From positions 96,001 to 160,000 of the IMG/VR virus record IMGVR_UViG_3300028591_000072: a DNA stretch of 64,000 bases; one strand, written 5' to 3'. Position 1 is the stretch's first letter. Every line of letters begins with the position of its first letter. Below are positions 9,638 through 19,073 of the stretch, one piece after another. The notes beneath the pieces are model-generated. The model saw only the letters and a program-made list of their open reading frames with translations, was not told the origin of the DNA and did not search any database. Source of the DNA: a virus (Duplodnaviria > Caudoviricetes). Position numbers and translations under genes: made by a program.

Positions 9638-9666
9638 TAAACTATTTATAAAGAAAAAAGTTTAAA

Positions 9667-10578
9667 ATGGAAAATGCAATAAATTCTTTCAAGACAATAA
9701 AAGAAGTAGAAAATTATAAAAACGAAATAATTAAAGAGTGTAATGAAAGAATCAATTTTATAAAAATGATTCAAAAGGCAGATTATCTGTCAAATAGCCA
9801 ATTTGGGTACATAAAAGAATGTTTTGAGTCAATTTCTCCTGAATTATTTACGTCAAAAGGCGGAAAAAAAATATTAAACAAATATACATCTGTAATAAAA
9901 GAAAGCAATAATCTTTCAACAATGCATAGTATATGCGAAGCAATAAGAAAATCAGGAAAAGGAACGGATTCTTCGTTTGTTATTAATAAAATATTAGAAA
10001 GCAACAGTTCAAATATAGACAGGTCAACCTTGAAAAATGAAATAAAGTCATTAGGAATGATTTTGGCTGAAGGCTATTTGTATCTTGGAGAAAAAGCAAA
10101 TAATTTATTACCAAAAGAAAACAAGAAACTATATTCTGCAATTGGATATATTACAGAGAATAAGAGCAATTTGAAAAATATATCAGAATATACAAATGCA
10201 ATTGAAGTAATCAAGGAAAACATAGAAAACAAAGAAAAGGAAACAAACGTTTTTGAATCAAGAAATTTGGATGACTTAGCAAATGAATTGTTGGAAGAAT
10301 TCAACAAAAAATATTCAGAAACATTAAACGAAGAAGAAGCAAAGGTACTAAAGGAAATAGCTTCAAGCGAAAATCGTGAAGAAATATTTGAGAAATACAA
10401 GTCATTGTGTGCCGAATCAATTTTAGTCGCAAAGAAGTCATTTGAAGAAAAAGGTGATGAAAATTCAAGCAAAAGATTATCTTCAGTTCTCGAACAAGTG
10501 AATGGAAAAAAATATTCATTGGATACCGTTGGAGAAGATATTTGCAATTTAATAGAACTTTCAAATATTTTTGAATGA
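9667..10578 (+). CDS. Hypothetical head-associated protein
   Basis: Helical Glu/Lys-rich ORF directly after the portal; late motif at 9640-9650. Confidence 0.6.
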   Translation: MENAINSFKTIKEVENYKNEIIKECNERINFIKMIQKADYLSNSQFGYIKECFESISPELFTSKGGKKILNKYTSVIKESNNLSTMHSICEAIRKSGKGTDSSFVINKILESNSSNIDRSTLKNEIKSLGMILAEGYLYLGEKANNLLPKENKKLYSAIGYITENKSNLKNISEYTNAIEVIKENIENKEKETNVFESRNLDDLANELLEEFNKKYSETLNEEEAKVLKEIASSENREEIFEKYKSLCAESILVAKKSFEEKGDENSSKRLSSVLEQVNGKKYSLDTVGEDICNLIELSNIFE

Positions 10579-11303
10579 TGAAAAAGGTTGTTATTACAGA
10601 AGAGCAATTAAGTCATCTTGTCATGCAAGAACAATATGAAATTTTTCTTGCGCAACAGCTCAACGAATCATTGGATTTTAATTCCATAAAGAAAAAGATA
10701 AAAAGGGCGTTATTGGCCGGCGCAACGGCAGCAGCAATACTTGGTGCAGTTGCAAGGATGAACATTAACGACAATCAAAAATTAGAATTGGAACAAATGG
10801 TTGAATTGTTTTCAGACAGCATACAGCATACAGACACAATACATGAACAAAAAGTCCAAGCATGTAAAGAATATATGGAATGGGCAATGAAAAACCAAGG
10901 ATATTCTTTGGAAACAACGCAATTAACGCCAGAAGCGTTGGTTACTGCATGTGAAGAAAATAATTTTAGTTTACCATTTACCATGGCAATAGCAAACTTG
11001 GAATCTTGTTTCGGACAAACTCCAAGGTCAAAAAGGACAAACAGCGTGTTTTCTGTTGGCTCTTATGACAACGGAAAAAACGTATGCACATATTCAACCC
11101 CAGATGAAAGTATTGCTCCTTTTATTAACCTGATAAAGACAGATTATCTTCAAGATGGAGAAAAAACTATTGGGGATTTGCTGAAAACAAACGGGTTTGT
11201 AAACATGAATGGACATAGATATGCTTCGAACAAAAAATATGAGGGTCAGGTACAAAGCATAATGAACAGAATCGTTAAAATGTATCCTATACTTAATTCA
11301 TAA
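10575..11303 (+). CDS. Glucosaminidase/lysozyme-like protein with shared leader
   Basis: AIANLESCFG...NSVFSV...RYASNKKY (GH73-like); leader MKKVVITEEQLSHLVMQE...LNES. Confidence 0.7.
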   Translation: MMKKVVITEEQLSHLVMQEQYEIFLAQQLNESLDFNSIKKKIKRALLAGATAAAILGAVARMNINDNQKLELEQMVELFSDSIQHTDTIHEQKVQACKEYMEWAMKNQGYSLETTQLTPEALVTACEENNFSLPFTMAIANLESCFGQTPRSKRTNSVFSVGSYDNGKNVCTYSTPDESIAPFINLIKTDYLQDGEKTIGDLLKTNGFVNMNGHRYASNKKYEGQVQSIMNRIVKMYPILNS

Positions 11304-11308
11304 GAGCA

Positions 11309-11339
11309 AAAAATGGCGGTGCTTAAACATCGCCATTTT
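11309..11339. terminator. Bidirectional terminator between convergent genes
   Basis: AAAATGGCGGTG-CTTAAA-CATCGCCATTTT. Confidence 0.7.
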
Positions 11340-12219
11340 CTTTTTCAATATCACCATTCAAATATCGTCTAAGAATCATTTTTATTTTTGCATCTTTAAT
11401 TTTTTCTTCTTTTTCTTTAATTTTTGCTGTATATAACGCATATGCTTTTCCAATTTTATCAATTAAATATTGATATGACCTTTTTGTTATCATTTTTAAT
11501 GTTGGAAGAACACGCTCTATGTCACAATGTAAGATGTCATGACCAACTAACCAATACGCTGCAATAAAAAAATATGAATTGTTCATATCATATTTTGATA
11601 ATGTTTTTTGTGAATTTTTCAATAATGTGTATAAGTCATTTATTTCGTTATCTTGTATAAATTCAATATAATTTTCATATTTTTTATTTTTTTTCATTGC
11701 AGAAGAAAATGTCCCGTTAACAAATGCACTTATTTCATTTCTGTTACTATAATATAAAAGTTCACAAATTGTGCTAATAACAGGGTTTCTATTTCGTATT
11801 CCTTGATATATGGCATCATAAACGTCCGTATGTATTGTTCTGCCGGCGTTTTTGCATTCCCAATAATGACTGCATTCATGCATTATAGTGTCACTAACAT
11901 CGAATGTATTCATAACTCCACCAATGAAATAAAGTCCTAAATATATTGTGTTTGTCTCATATGAATATCCATCATAACGCCCAGTTTCATTTATCCAAGT
12001 TAATGCATCTTCGGGTTTATTAAATTCTTTATAGACAAAATCAACATTAACATCAGATAGTTCTGTTTTTACATTGAAAATTTTTTCTGTTATGCCATTA
12101 TTCAAATAGTCATACACTTTTTTTTCAATTAAATCAGATAGTTTAACTACTTCATCGGCGATTCCTAACTCTTCATTAATCGCATTTTCTATTTGTTCTT
12201 CAAGTATTTTGTTTCTCAT
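11323..12219 (-). CDS. Zincin-like metallopeptidase-fold protein with leader-like N-terminus
   Basis: TIMHECSHYWE (HExxH) with a downstream NEISAF; N-terminal ILEEQIENAINEELG. Confidence 0.55.
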   Translation of the reverse strand: MRNKILEEQIENAINEELGIADEVVKLSDLIEKKVYDYLNNGITEKIFNVKTELSDVNVDFVYKEFNKPEDALTWINETGRYDGYSYETNTIYLGLYFIGGVMNTFDVSDTIMHECSHYWECKNAGRTIHTDVYDAIYQGIRNRNPVISTICELLYYSNRNEISAFVNGTFSSAMKKNKKYENYIEFIQDNEINDLYTLLKNSQKTLSKYDMNNSYFFIAAYWLVGHDILHCDIERVLPTLKMITKRSYQYLIDKIGKAYALYTAKIKEKEEKIKDAKIKMILRRYLNGDIEKENGDV

Positions 12220-12875
12220 CTTAAATTGTTTATATATTTATCCAAACCATTAAAATTGAATTGAACCAATATGTCGGTGAATTCACAACTATTCAACTCA
12301 TTTTCAAATGATTTACCGGTTCTATTATCAAAGTACCACAATTCTTTAAAATAAACACTTAACGGCATTATTGAAGGTATCATTTGACTATCACCATCTA
12401 TAAGTATTTTTCTTTGTGATTGTGTGTTTTTATTTATTAATCTTGAACAAGCATGCCCATGCTTATAAAGCTTATGGTATTCCGTTGGTGTTGCGCTTCC
12501 GTTTTTATTCACCAAATCAGAATACAAACAATCTTCAACATGTTCGTTTTTGGTGTATTCAAACACCTCGTAATGTATTTCTTCATTCGGAAACGGCATT
12601 GTTATATCATAGCCCATATAATTGTTTTCTACAAGATGGAAGTCACGTTCAATATTAAGCCCAAACTTAAAAATTTCATTAAGTTTTGGAAGCAATATTT
12701 CTCTGTGATATTCTGTCGTATAATGATGTCCATTTTCATTCCATTTACGATAAAAGTATTTTTCATCGACTATCGGGAAATCAATGATTCCATCAACTTT
12801 GTAATCCAAATACCTATTGACATTTGGAAGACGAATGAAAACAGCCTTATCCTTTATTTTATCAAAATAACTCAT
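12216..12875 (-). CDS. Hypothetical protein, possibly SGNH/DHHW-like
   Basis: KILIDGDSQ...YFKELWYFDNR resembles the C-terminal GDS block of AlgX/DHHW-like proteins. Confidence 0.4.
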   Translation of the reverse strand: MSYFDKIKDKAVFIRLPNVNRYLDYKVDGIIDFPIVDEKYFYRKWNENGHHYTTEYHREILLPKLNEIFKFGLNIERDFHLVENNYMGYDITMPFPNEEIHYEVFEYTKNEHVEDCLYSDLVNKNGSATPTEYHKLYKHGHACSRLINKNTQSQRKILIDGDSQMIPSIMPLSVYFKELWYFDNRTGKSFENELNSCEFTDILVQFNFNGLDKYINNLR

Positions 12876-13267
12876 TATTTCACAAATATTCTTAATTCTT
12901 CTTCAACAGGAACAATTAAATTGCCCTCCGGATACTCAATTCCATCGCCACAAGTTAAATCTCCGTTAAATTTTATTTCAAACCACCCATTGAAAACGCC
13001 TTTTTTAGCAACGTCCTTTTCAGTCCATTTATATTGAAGTATGTATTTTTCATCACAACCCCCGTCATTTGCAAGAACAATGTTTGCCTTTGCCTTGGCA
13101 ACTTTTAATAAACCGGTTTCTTCATCTTTCATACTAAAAGTCACAACGCTGTCTTGTAACGCATCATTAATCAATGATTTTTGGAAATCATATCTTCCAT
13201 CATTTATCAATTCCATCTCTAAAAAAGGCAAAATTGAGTATTGCCTAACATAGAATTCCTGAGCCAT
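12875..13267 (-). CDS. BppU-like baseplate upper domain protein
   Basis: VTFSMKD...YILQYKW...G.F.GWFEIKF...LIVP pattern; late motif at 13282-13292. Confidence 0.5.
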   Translation of the reverse strand: MAQEFYVRQYSILPFLEMELINDGRYDFQKSLINDALQDSVVTFSMKDEETGLLKVAKAKANIVLANDGGCDEKYILQYKWTEKDVAKKGVFNGWFEIKFNGDLTCGDGIEYPEGNLIVPVEEELRIFVK

Positions 13268-13291
13268 AATTTAATTTTTTCTATAAATAGT

Positions 13292-13738
13292 TCATTTTCT
13301 TGATTTATAGTATTCAAAACCATTCTCAGTAATATACTTCTTTATGCCAGGTATTATTTTCGATACACATTCTTCATTGATTTTTTTTGTCAAATCAACA
13401 AATTTTCCACAGGTCTTTATTTCGTCTGTCAGTTTCACAAATACCTGCATTTCAAAGTATGATTTTTTATTTATCGCAACCCTACCATCTGCAATGTCGG
13501 AAACAAATATAAAGCCATTCTTACACATTCCGCTTTCTTGTATAACATCCTCAATAAGAGATTTTGTTTTTTTCTCAATCCTTGATATATACGGCTTGTA
13601 AGTTTCCTTTTCTTCCTTTGGAGAAATATAAGAACCCAATTCAATATAAACAACATCAGGATTCTTTTTATCCATTGTTCCAATCTTTATCTTAAAGTCA
13701 TTGTCCTGAAATTTCGATTCACTTTTTATCTTCTTCAT
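13292..13738 (-). CDS. Hypothetical protein
   Basis: 148-aa ORF with TTGACT-N16-TATATT upstream (13781-13754). Confidence 0.7.
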   Translation of the reverse strand: MKKIKSESKFQDNDFKIKIGTMDKKNPDVVYIELGSYISPKEEKETYKPYISRIEKKTKSLIEDVIQESGMCKNGFIFVSDIADGRVAINKKSYFEMQVFVKLTDEIKTCGKFVDLTKKINEECVSKIIPGIKKYITENGFEYYKSRK

Positions 13739-13786
13739 TTTAGTCTTTTAAAAAATATAATATTTTTTAAAAAAAAGTCAAATCGC

Positions 13787-13900
13787 AAAAAAATAGGAGT
13801 CCTTGCGCACGGGCTCCTTTTATGGCTAACCTTGTGACCTCCATTGGAGATTTGGGCAGTGCCAGTATTTCAATCAATTAACATATTTCCCAATCTTTGT
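13787..13900 (-). ncRNA. Candidate late-expressed small RNA (~110 nt)
   Basis: Late motif at 13906-13915, a GC-enriched structured body, and an AGGAGCCC/GGACTCCT hairpin plus T run. No credible ORF. Confidence 0.45.
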
Positions 13901-14002
13901 TTATCATAAATAGTTTGAATAATGTTATTTTTTGTAATTTTACTCCAAAAATAGAACTATTTATAACAAATAAATGATTATCAAAAACAAAAAAAATATA
14001 TT

Positions 14003-15805
14003 ATGGCACTAAAAGTATGGTTACCTTTAAATAAAGATTTGAGAAGTGTTGGATTAAGCAAGGTTACTGTTATTAATAACGGTGCTACGTTAGATAATAA
14101 TGGTATTATTGGTAAATGCTATAACTTTTCTTTTGGAAATTATATTGGATTAGATGCAAAAAATGTAAATAATCATAAATATTCACCAATTTCTATTGCA
14201 TTATGGGTTTATCAAACAAAAAACTATTCAACAAGAAGAAGTGTTTTTGGGTGTTGGGAAGATGGAGGAGGAGGATTCTATGTTGAAAGCCAAAAAATGG
14301 GATTTAACCTTTATATTGGTGGAGAATATCAATCTTGTGAAATGCCATCAACATTGTCTATAAACACATGGCATCATATTTGTGGAACTTACGATGAAAA
14401 AGTTATGAGATTGTATATAGATGGTGTAGAAGTTAAAAAAATATCTGTTTCAGGAAAAATAACATATCATTCCACTTGTCCTTGGGAAATTTGTGGAAAT
14501 CCAAGAGCCACTGATTTTGCAATCGGAGATTTTGAAGGTAAATTCAACGACATTCGCATATACGACCATTGTATATCTGAAAGTGATGTTAAAAGATTAT
14601 ATCAGCAAAAACTATTTGAACTAATTCCATATAGTGGAGCCAAAGATGTGTTGTTTGACAGAAGTGGATTAATTAATATGCCATTAGTAAATAATGGCGC
14701 TGAGTTCAATGTTAATTACTTACATTTTGACGGAACAAATGACCAATTAAGACCAAAAGTCACAAATGACGGATTTAACATTTCAGGTGGAACTTTATCA
14801 ATATGGTTTTCACCAACAGAAAAACCAAATAAAAACAGATTAATATACACAGATGAAAAATCGCACATGTCTATTGGGTTTAGTTCAACAGGAAATTCAT
14901 TAATTGTAAGATGTGGTACTAGTAACGGAAACACAAACACTTTTTCAACTACAGGAATTTCTTGGGGTGAATTAAACAATGTAGTTGTCACATACAATAA
15001 TACAATGCCGCAAATTTGTTTAATAAATGGAATTGTTCCTTCTGTTTATAATACATCAACAGGATTTACAGAAACGACAGGAAAAGGTCTTACAATAGGA
15101 GGAAGACAATATAACACAACTTCAAGATTTGATGGTAAAATATATAAAGTTGCTGTTTATAATAGGCAATTTACACAAGATGAAGCTGTAGAATTGTATA
15201 ATTCTGAACGAGGAATGTTTTTGCCTGATGATTATATACAATTGGAATATATTGAGGGAACAGGTTCCCAGTGGATTGATAGTGGAGTAAAAGCAAATCA
15301 AGACACAGTAGTTGAAATTGAATTTGAAATAACTGGAAATGCTACTGGATATGGCGCAGTATTTGGTGCAAGAACAAATAGTTCAAGTAATAGTTTTCTT
15401 GCATGGACAAAATGTGGAAACGGAAAAATTGGAGTGCAAATTGGAAATTCAGGAAGTAAAAACTGTAACACATCACAAGCTTTAAATGTTGTATACAAAC
15501 TAAAAGTATCAAATGGTAACATAACAGTTAATGGAGATTCTGCTAATTTTACTCCTGTTTCAGATTTCGAAACGCCATTAAATGTAAGAATATTTAATAT
15601 AGCAAATGGAAACACAAGTTCATCAGGAACAGGTAATAGAATTTTAATAGGAAAAGTATATTCATTTAAATTATATGAATCTGATATTATAATTAGAAAT
15701 ATGATTCCATCAAAACGCAAATCTGATAACGTAATAGGAATGTATGATATGGTATCAAGACAATTCTTCACAAATTCAGGTAGTGGTTCGTTTACAGGAG
15801 CATAA
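14003..15805 (+). CDS. Tandem LamG/concanavalin A-like domain virion protein (fibre/receptor-binding candidate)
   Basis: NTWHHICGTYD...LYIDG...FEGKFNDIRIYD; paralog of 42949-44796; late motif at 13955-13965. Confidence 0.8.
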   Translation: MALKVWLPLNKDLRSVGLSKVTVINNGATLDNNGIIGKCYNFSFGNYIGLDAKNVNNHKYSPISIALWVYQTKNYSTRRSVFGCWEDGGGGFYVESQKMGFNLYIGGEYQSCEMPSTLSINTWHHICGTYDEKVMRLYIDGVEVKKISVSGKITYHSTCPWEICGNPRATDFAIGDFEGKFNDIRIYDHCISESDVKRLYQQKLFELIPYSGAKDVLFDRSGLINMPLVNNGAEFNVNYLHFDGTNDQLRPKVTNDGFNISGGTLSIWFSPTEKPNKNRLIYTDEKSHMSIGFSSTGNSLIVRCGTSNGNTNTFSTTGISWGELNNVVVTYNNTMPQICLINGIVPSVYNTSTGFTETTGKGLTIGGRQYNTTSRFDGKIYKVAVYNRQFTQDEAVELYNSERGMFLPDDYIQLEYIEGTGSQWIDSGVKANQDTVVEIEFEITGNATGYGAVFGARTNSSSNSFLAWTKCGNGKIGVQIGNSGSKNCNTSQALNVVYKLKVSNGNITVNGDSANFTPVSDFETPLNVRIFNIANGNTSSSGTGNRILIGKVYSFKLYESDIIIRNMIPSKRKSDNVIGMYDMVSRQFFTNSGSGSFTGA

Positions 15806-15846
15806 TAAAGCATAAAATACTATTTATAACAAAGAAGTTAAACAAA

Positions 15847-17514
15847 ATGATTAGACATTTTTTCTTAGATAAAACAAATACAATACTTGAAAATTCTCTT
15901 CAAAATTTGGGCCTTAATCCAATTATGAGTGTTGGATACGGACAATTTTTAATGAGAGGATTGTTACATTTTGATATTAATGAAATCAAGGAACTTATTA
16001 ATAATAAAACGTTTGCCGACCCAAGTAAATTAAAATTTACGTTAAAAATGACAAATTGTTTTTCAGTTGATACAGTACCTTATGACAAGCCGATACACAT
16101 ATCCCCTGATTTCTTGTTTGAAAGGGCAAGTTCATTTGATTTAATGCTTTTCAAGCTACCCATGAACTTTGATGCAGGACGTGGGTTTGATTATACTGAA
16201 GATTTCTACATTCAGCAAAAATTGGTATATGCTGAAGATGGGTCGAATTGGTATTTTGCAAACAAGTTTATTCCATGGAAATATGAAAGGGAAAAATTTT
16301 ATCTTGATTCCACAAAACCATTAAATATCAATAAAAAAAGATACTACGACAGGCAAAGGTCTGATGAGATATCAAGAGAGATATTTAAGATAGCAAGTGG
16401 ATTTTCGAATAGCGATGAAAGCATAGATGATTGGAAAACAGTAAAAAACGACTTACAGGAATTAGTTAAGTCATATTCATTGAACAACGAGGCGTTGCAT
16501 GGAGGCGTTTATTCAAATGAAACGTTGCAGCAAGAATATGAAAAATACATTAATGGCGAAGATTCAATAATAATAGGGACCCAGCATTTTGATTTTGGAA
16601 GTGAAAACCTATCAATTGATATAACAAAATACGTTCTTGACGAATTATCTGATGAATTTGACCAAACTTTGGAAGAGGACGAAAGAAAGCATATAGAAAA
16701 TTTCGGACTATGCTTGGCTTTTATTCCTTGCGATGAAAAAATAGGCTCATATTTGAAAGAATATTATGTCGGATTCTTTACAGACAACACAAACACTTTT
16801 TTCCATCCATATGTTGAATGCATTTATGACGAATATATAATGGATGATAGAGAATCTTTTACACTTGGCAAAGAAAATAATCTATATCTTTATGTTTTTG
16901 ATGATGGAATACCAACAAATCTTGATAGAATCCCGTCTTGTTCGATAAACGATGAGGACATACCAGTAAAACAAGCCACAAAAGGGGTGTATAAAGCCAC
17001 TGTGAGCAATTTAAACCAAAAATTGGAGAGAGGTGCCATTTACTACGATAAATGGTCTAAAATATATTTAAATGGCATTAAAAACGATGATGTTGAATTG
17101 GAGTTTTCAACAAGGCCATTGTCAAATAAGTTAATAATAAGTGAAAAGTCTTATTCAAAAAACGCTTTAGTACCATCTTTGTCAGGGATAAACGACAATG
17201 AAAGGCTAAAACGTGGTCAAGAGCGTGAAGTGTTGGTAGATTTTAGGGAAAAGTTCTCAACAGATAAAAGGCAACTAATTTCAAATGGAGAATATAGAAT
17301 TTATGTTTATGACGGAAATAGGCAATTGGAAGTAATACCATATACAAAGATAGAAAAAGGATTTTTAGATAACTATTTTAAGATTTATACAAACGACTTT
17401 ATACCAAACAAGTACCATGTAGATATAAAAGTATCTGATGGAAGGGAGATAAGATTTTTTGAAAATGTATTGTCCTTTGAAATAATAAGTGACATTACTG
17501 AACGTTATGAGTGA
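15847..17514 (+). CDS. Putative virion structural protein
   Basis: 555-aa ORF with late motif at 15819-15828. Confidence 0.6.
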   Translation: MIRHFFLDKTNTILENSLQNLGLNPIMSVGYGQFLMRGLLHFDINEIKELINNKTFADPSKLKFTLKMTNCFSVDTVPYDKPIHISPDFLFERASSFDLMLFKLPMNFDAGRGFDYTEDFYIQQKLVYAEDGSNWYFANKFIPWKYEREKFYLDSTKPLNINKKRYYDRQRSDEISREIFKIASGFSNSDESIDDWKTVKNDLQELVKSYSLNNEALHGGVYSNETLQQEYEKYINGEDSIIIGTQHFDFGSENLSIDITKYVLDELSDEFDQTLEEDERKHIENFGLCLAFIPCDEKIGSYLKEYYVGFFTDNTNTFFHPYVECIYDEYIMDDRESFTLGKENNLYLYVFDDGIPTNLDRIPSCSINDEDIPVKQATKGVYKATVSNLNQKLERGAIYYDKWSKIYLNGIKNDDVELEFSTRPLSNKLIISEKSYSKNALVPSLSGINDNERLKRGQEREVLVDFREKFSTDKRQLISNGEYRIYVYDGNRQLEVIPYTKIEKGFLDNYFKIYTNDFIPNKYHVDIKVSDGREIRFFENVLSFEIISDITERYE

Positions 17515-17537
17515 ACTACCCACAAACTAAAGTTATC

Positions 17538-18461
17538 TTAATTAATTCTAACACTATCTGAAAGCAATTCCCCACCGTCAAGTAAAATTGCTTTTTTTTC
17601 AGTTAAATCTTTAACCATTTCAGTTGTCACCGGCTCCTTCATTGGGAATGGGTGTTTATGGCTTAAAAACGCATTAATGAATATTTGTAATATTTCAACT
17701 AGTTTTTCTCCGTATGGAAGTTTATATGCTTCATCAATGGCATATTTTAATGTCTTGTCAGATATCAAATCTTCTTGGTCAATTGAAGGCAATTTAAACT
17801 TATTTTCTTTTGACTGTGTAGATAATATATTTATTTTATCAGCAACTAATGTTACTGTACTATTTACTTGCTTAATTTGTGCTGATTTTCCGTTTTTAAC
17901 ATTTTTATCAACATCTGATTGTTTTATTAATCCACCAGGGTGATATTTTACTTTAACAAACGCAGGGTCGTTTGTGTTAAATTTAATATTATAAGGATTT
18001 TCTTCATCTGATATTTTTACTCCTGATTTAATTCTAACATCATCATCAGTTACTTGAATATCTGAATTTTTTCTTCCACGAACACAAATATCAGAATTAT
18101 TTGGAAGAACGCCATTACATTTTTTTTCACCGCTTGGCGATTTTGTCGCTTCAAATTCACGTCCACGCATAAAAGTTGGAGCATATGTTGATTCATCGTA
18201 CCAAATTTTATCATCTTGTGAAATCACGGGGCCAATGTAATATCTTTGACTATAACCTTTATCATCAACAGCAAGAAATACCAAAACGCCTTCGCCCGGC
18301 TTTGGCTTAACATGGAACATTTTAGGTAATAATGGAAATGCTGTTTGTTCAATAGAGCCATTTCCATTATCTTCAGGCTCAAGTCTTACTGTAATCAAAT
18401 CACTATCAGTTGAATCTTCTACATCAATAACCCTACAATATCTAACGCCTTGGACACTCAT
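17538..18461 (-). CDS. Baseplate central spike (gp5/gpV-like)
   Basis: N-terminal OB-fold pattern (VIDVED...AFPLLP...PKPGEGVLV...YYIGP) and C-terminal HKH apex motif. Confidence 0.65.
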   Translation of the reverse strand: MSVQGVRYCRVIDVEDSTDSDLITVRLEPEDNGNGSIEQTAFPLLPKMFHVKPKPGEGVLVFLAVDDKGYSQRYYIGPVISQDDKIWYDESTYAPTFMRGREFEATKSPSGEKKCNGVLPNNSDICVRGRKNSDIQVTDDDVRIKSGVKISDEENPYNIKFNTNDPAFVKVKYHPGGLIKQSDVDKNVKNGKSAQIKQVNSTVTLVADKINILSTQSKENKFKLPSIDQEDLISDKTLKYAIDEAYKLPYGEKLVEILQIFINAFLSHKHPFPMKEPVTTEMVKDLTEKKAILLDGGELLSDSVRIN

Positions 18462-18463
18462 AA

Positions 18464-18646
18464 TTAAAATATATTTTTCCTACTGTTTATTTCTCTATTT
18501 GCATCATTAAATTTTCTTTGTATGTTTTCGATTTCTTCACAAAGTCGTATAAGTTCATTTTTTTTTGAATCAAATTCATTTTGTAATGTTTCAATACACA
18601 ATTTAAGTTCTGAATTTGACATATTGTTATAATCTGTTCTATCCAT
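18464..18646 (-). CDS. Small coiled-coil protein
   Basis: 60-aa heptad-like ORF in a tight operon. Confidence 0.6.
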   Translation of the reverse strand: MDRTDYNNMSNSELKLCIETLQNEFDSKKNELIRLCEEIENIQRKFNDANREINSRKNIF

Positions 18647-18657
18647 TGAAAAAAAAA

Positions 18658-19050
18658 TTATTGCATTATTCCATTTGCGACAGAATCCTTTAAATTAGTT
18701 CCAACAACGACTATAGGACCCCCAGCATTTCCACCGTTTGCTTGAATTAATAAACTATTTGCAGGAACAGCAACTTGAACAGTTGCATCATGCTTAATTG
18801 CCTCAACAATACTCTTTACAATATTGTGCGTATATGCATTTATCAAGTTTTCAGTACCATCTTCATTTTCTCCTGTTGGTATTCCAAGCGCTTTATTATT
18901 TTGTATTATTTGAGAAGTTATTTTGTACGCAGAAAGTCCCGTTCTGACCAAAGAAGTGCATTTAAGCAACATCGGAGGAAGTATATTTGCAGGAACTTTT
19001 ACGCCATCCATTGTTTTTGATATTGATTCAACTATATTAGATATGTTCAT
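18658..19050 (-). CDS. Hypothetical (probable baseplate-region) protein
   Basis: 130-aa ORF in the same late operon. Confidence 0.6.
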   Translation of the reverse strand: MNISNIVESISKTMDGVKVPANILPPMLLKCTSLVRTGLSAYKITSQIIQNNKALGIPTGENEDGTENLINAYTHNIVKSIVEAIKHDATVQVAVPANSLLIQANGGNAGGPIVVVGTNLKDSVANGIMQ

Positions 19051-19073
19051 TTCGTATTTTTTTTAACATGTTA

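Noticed and set aside
14003-15805. Diversity-generating retroelement target in the fibre-like genes
   Set aside because: No reverse transcriptase in the window and no near-identical template/variable repeat pair was seen.
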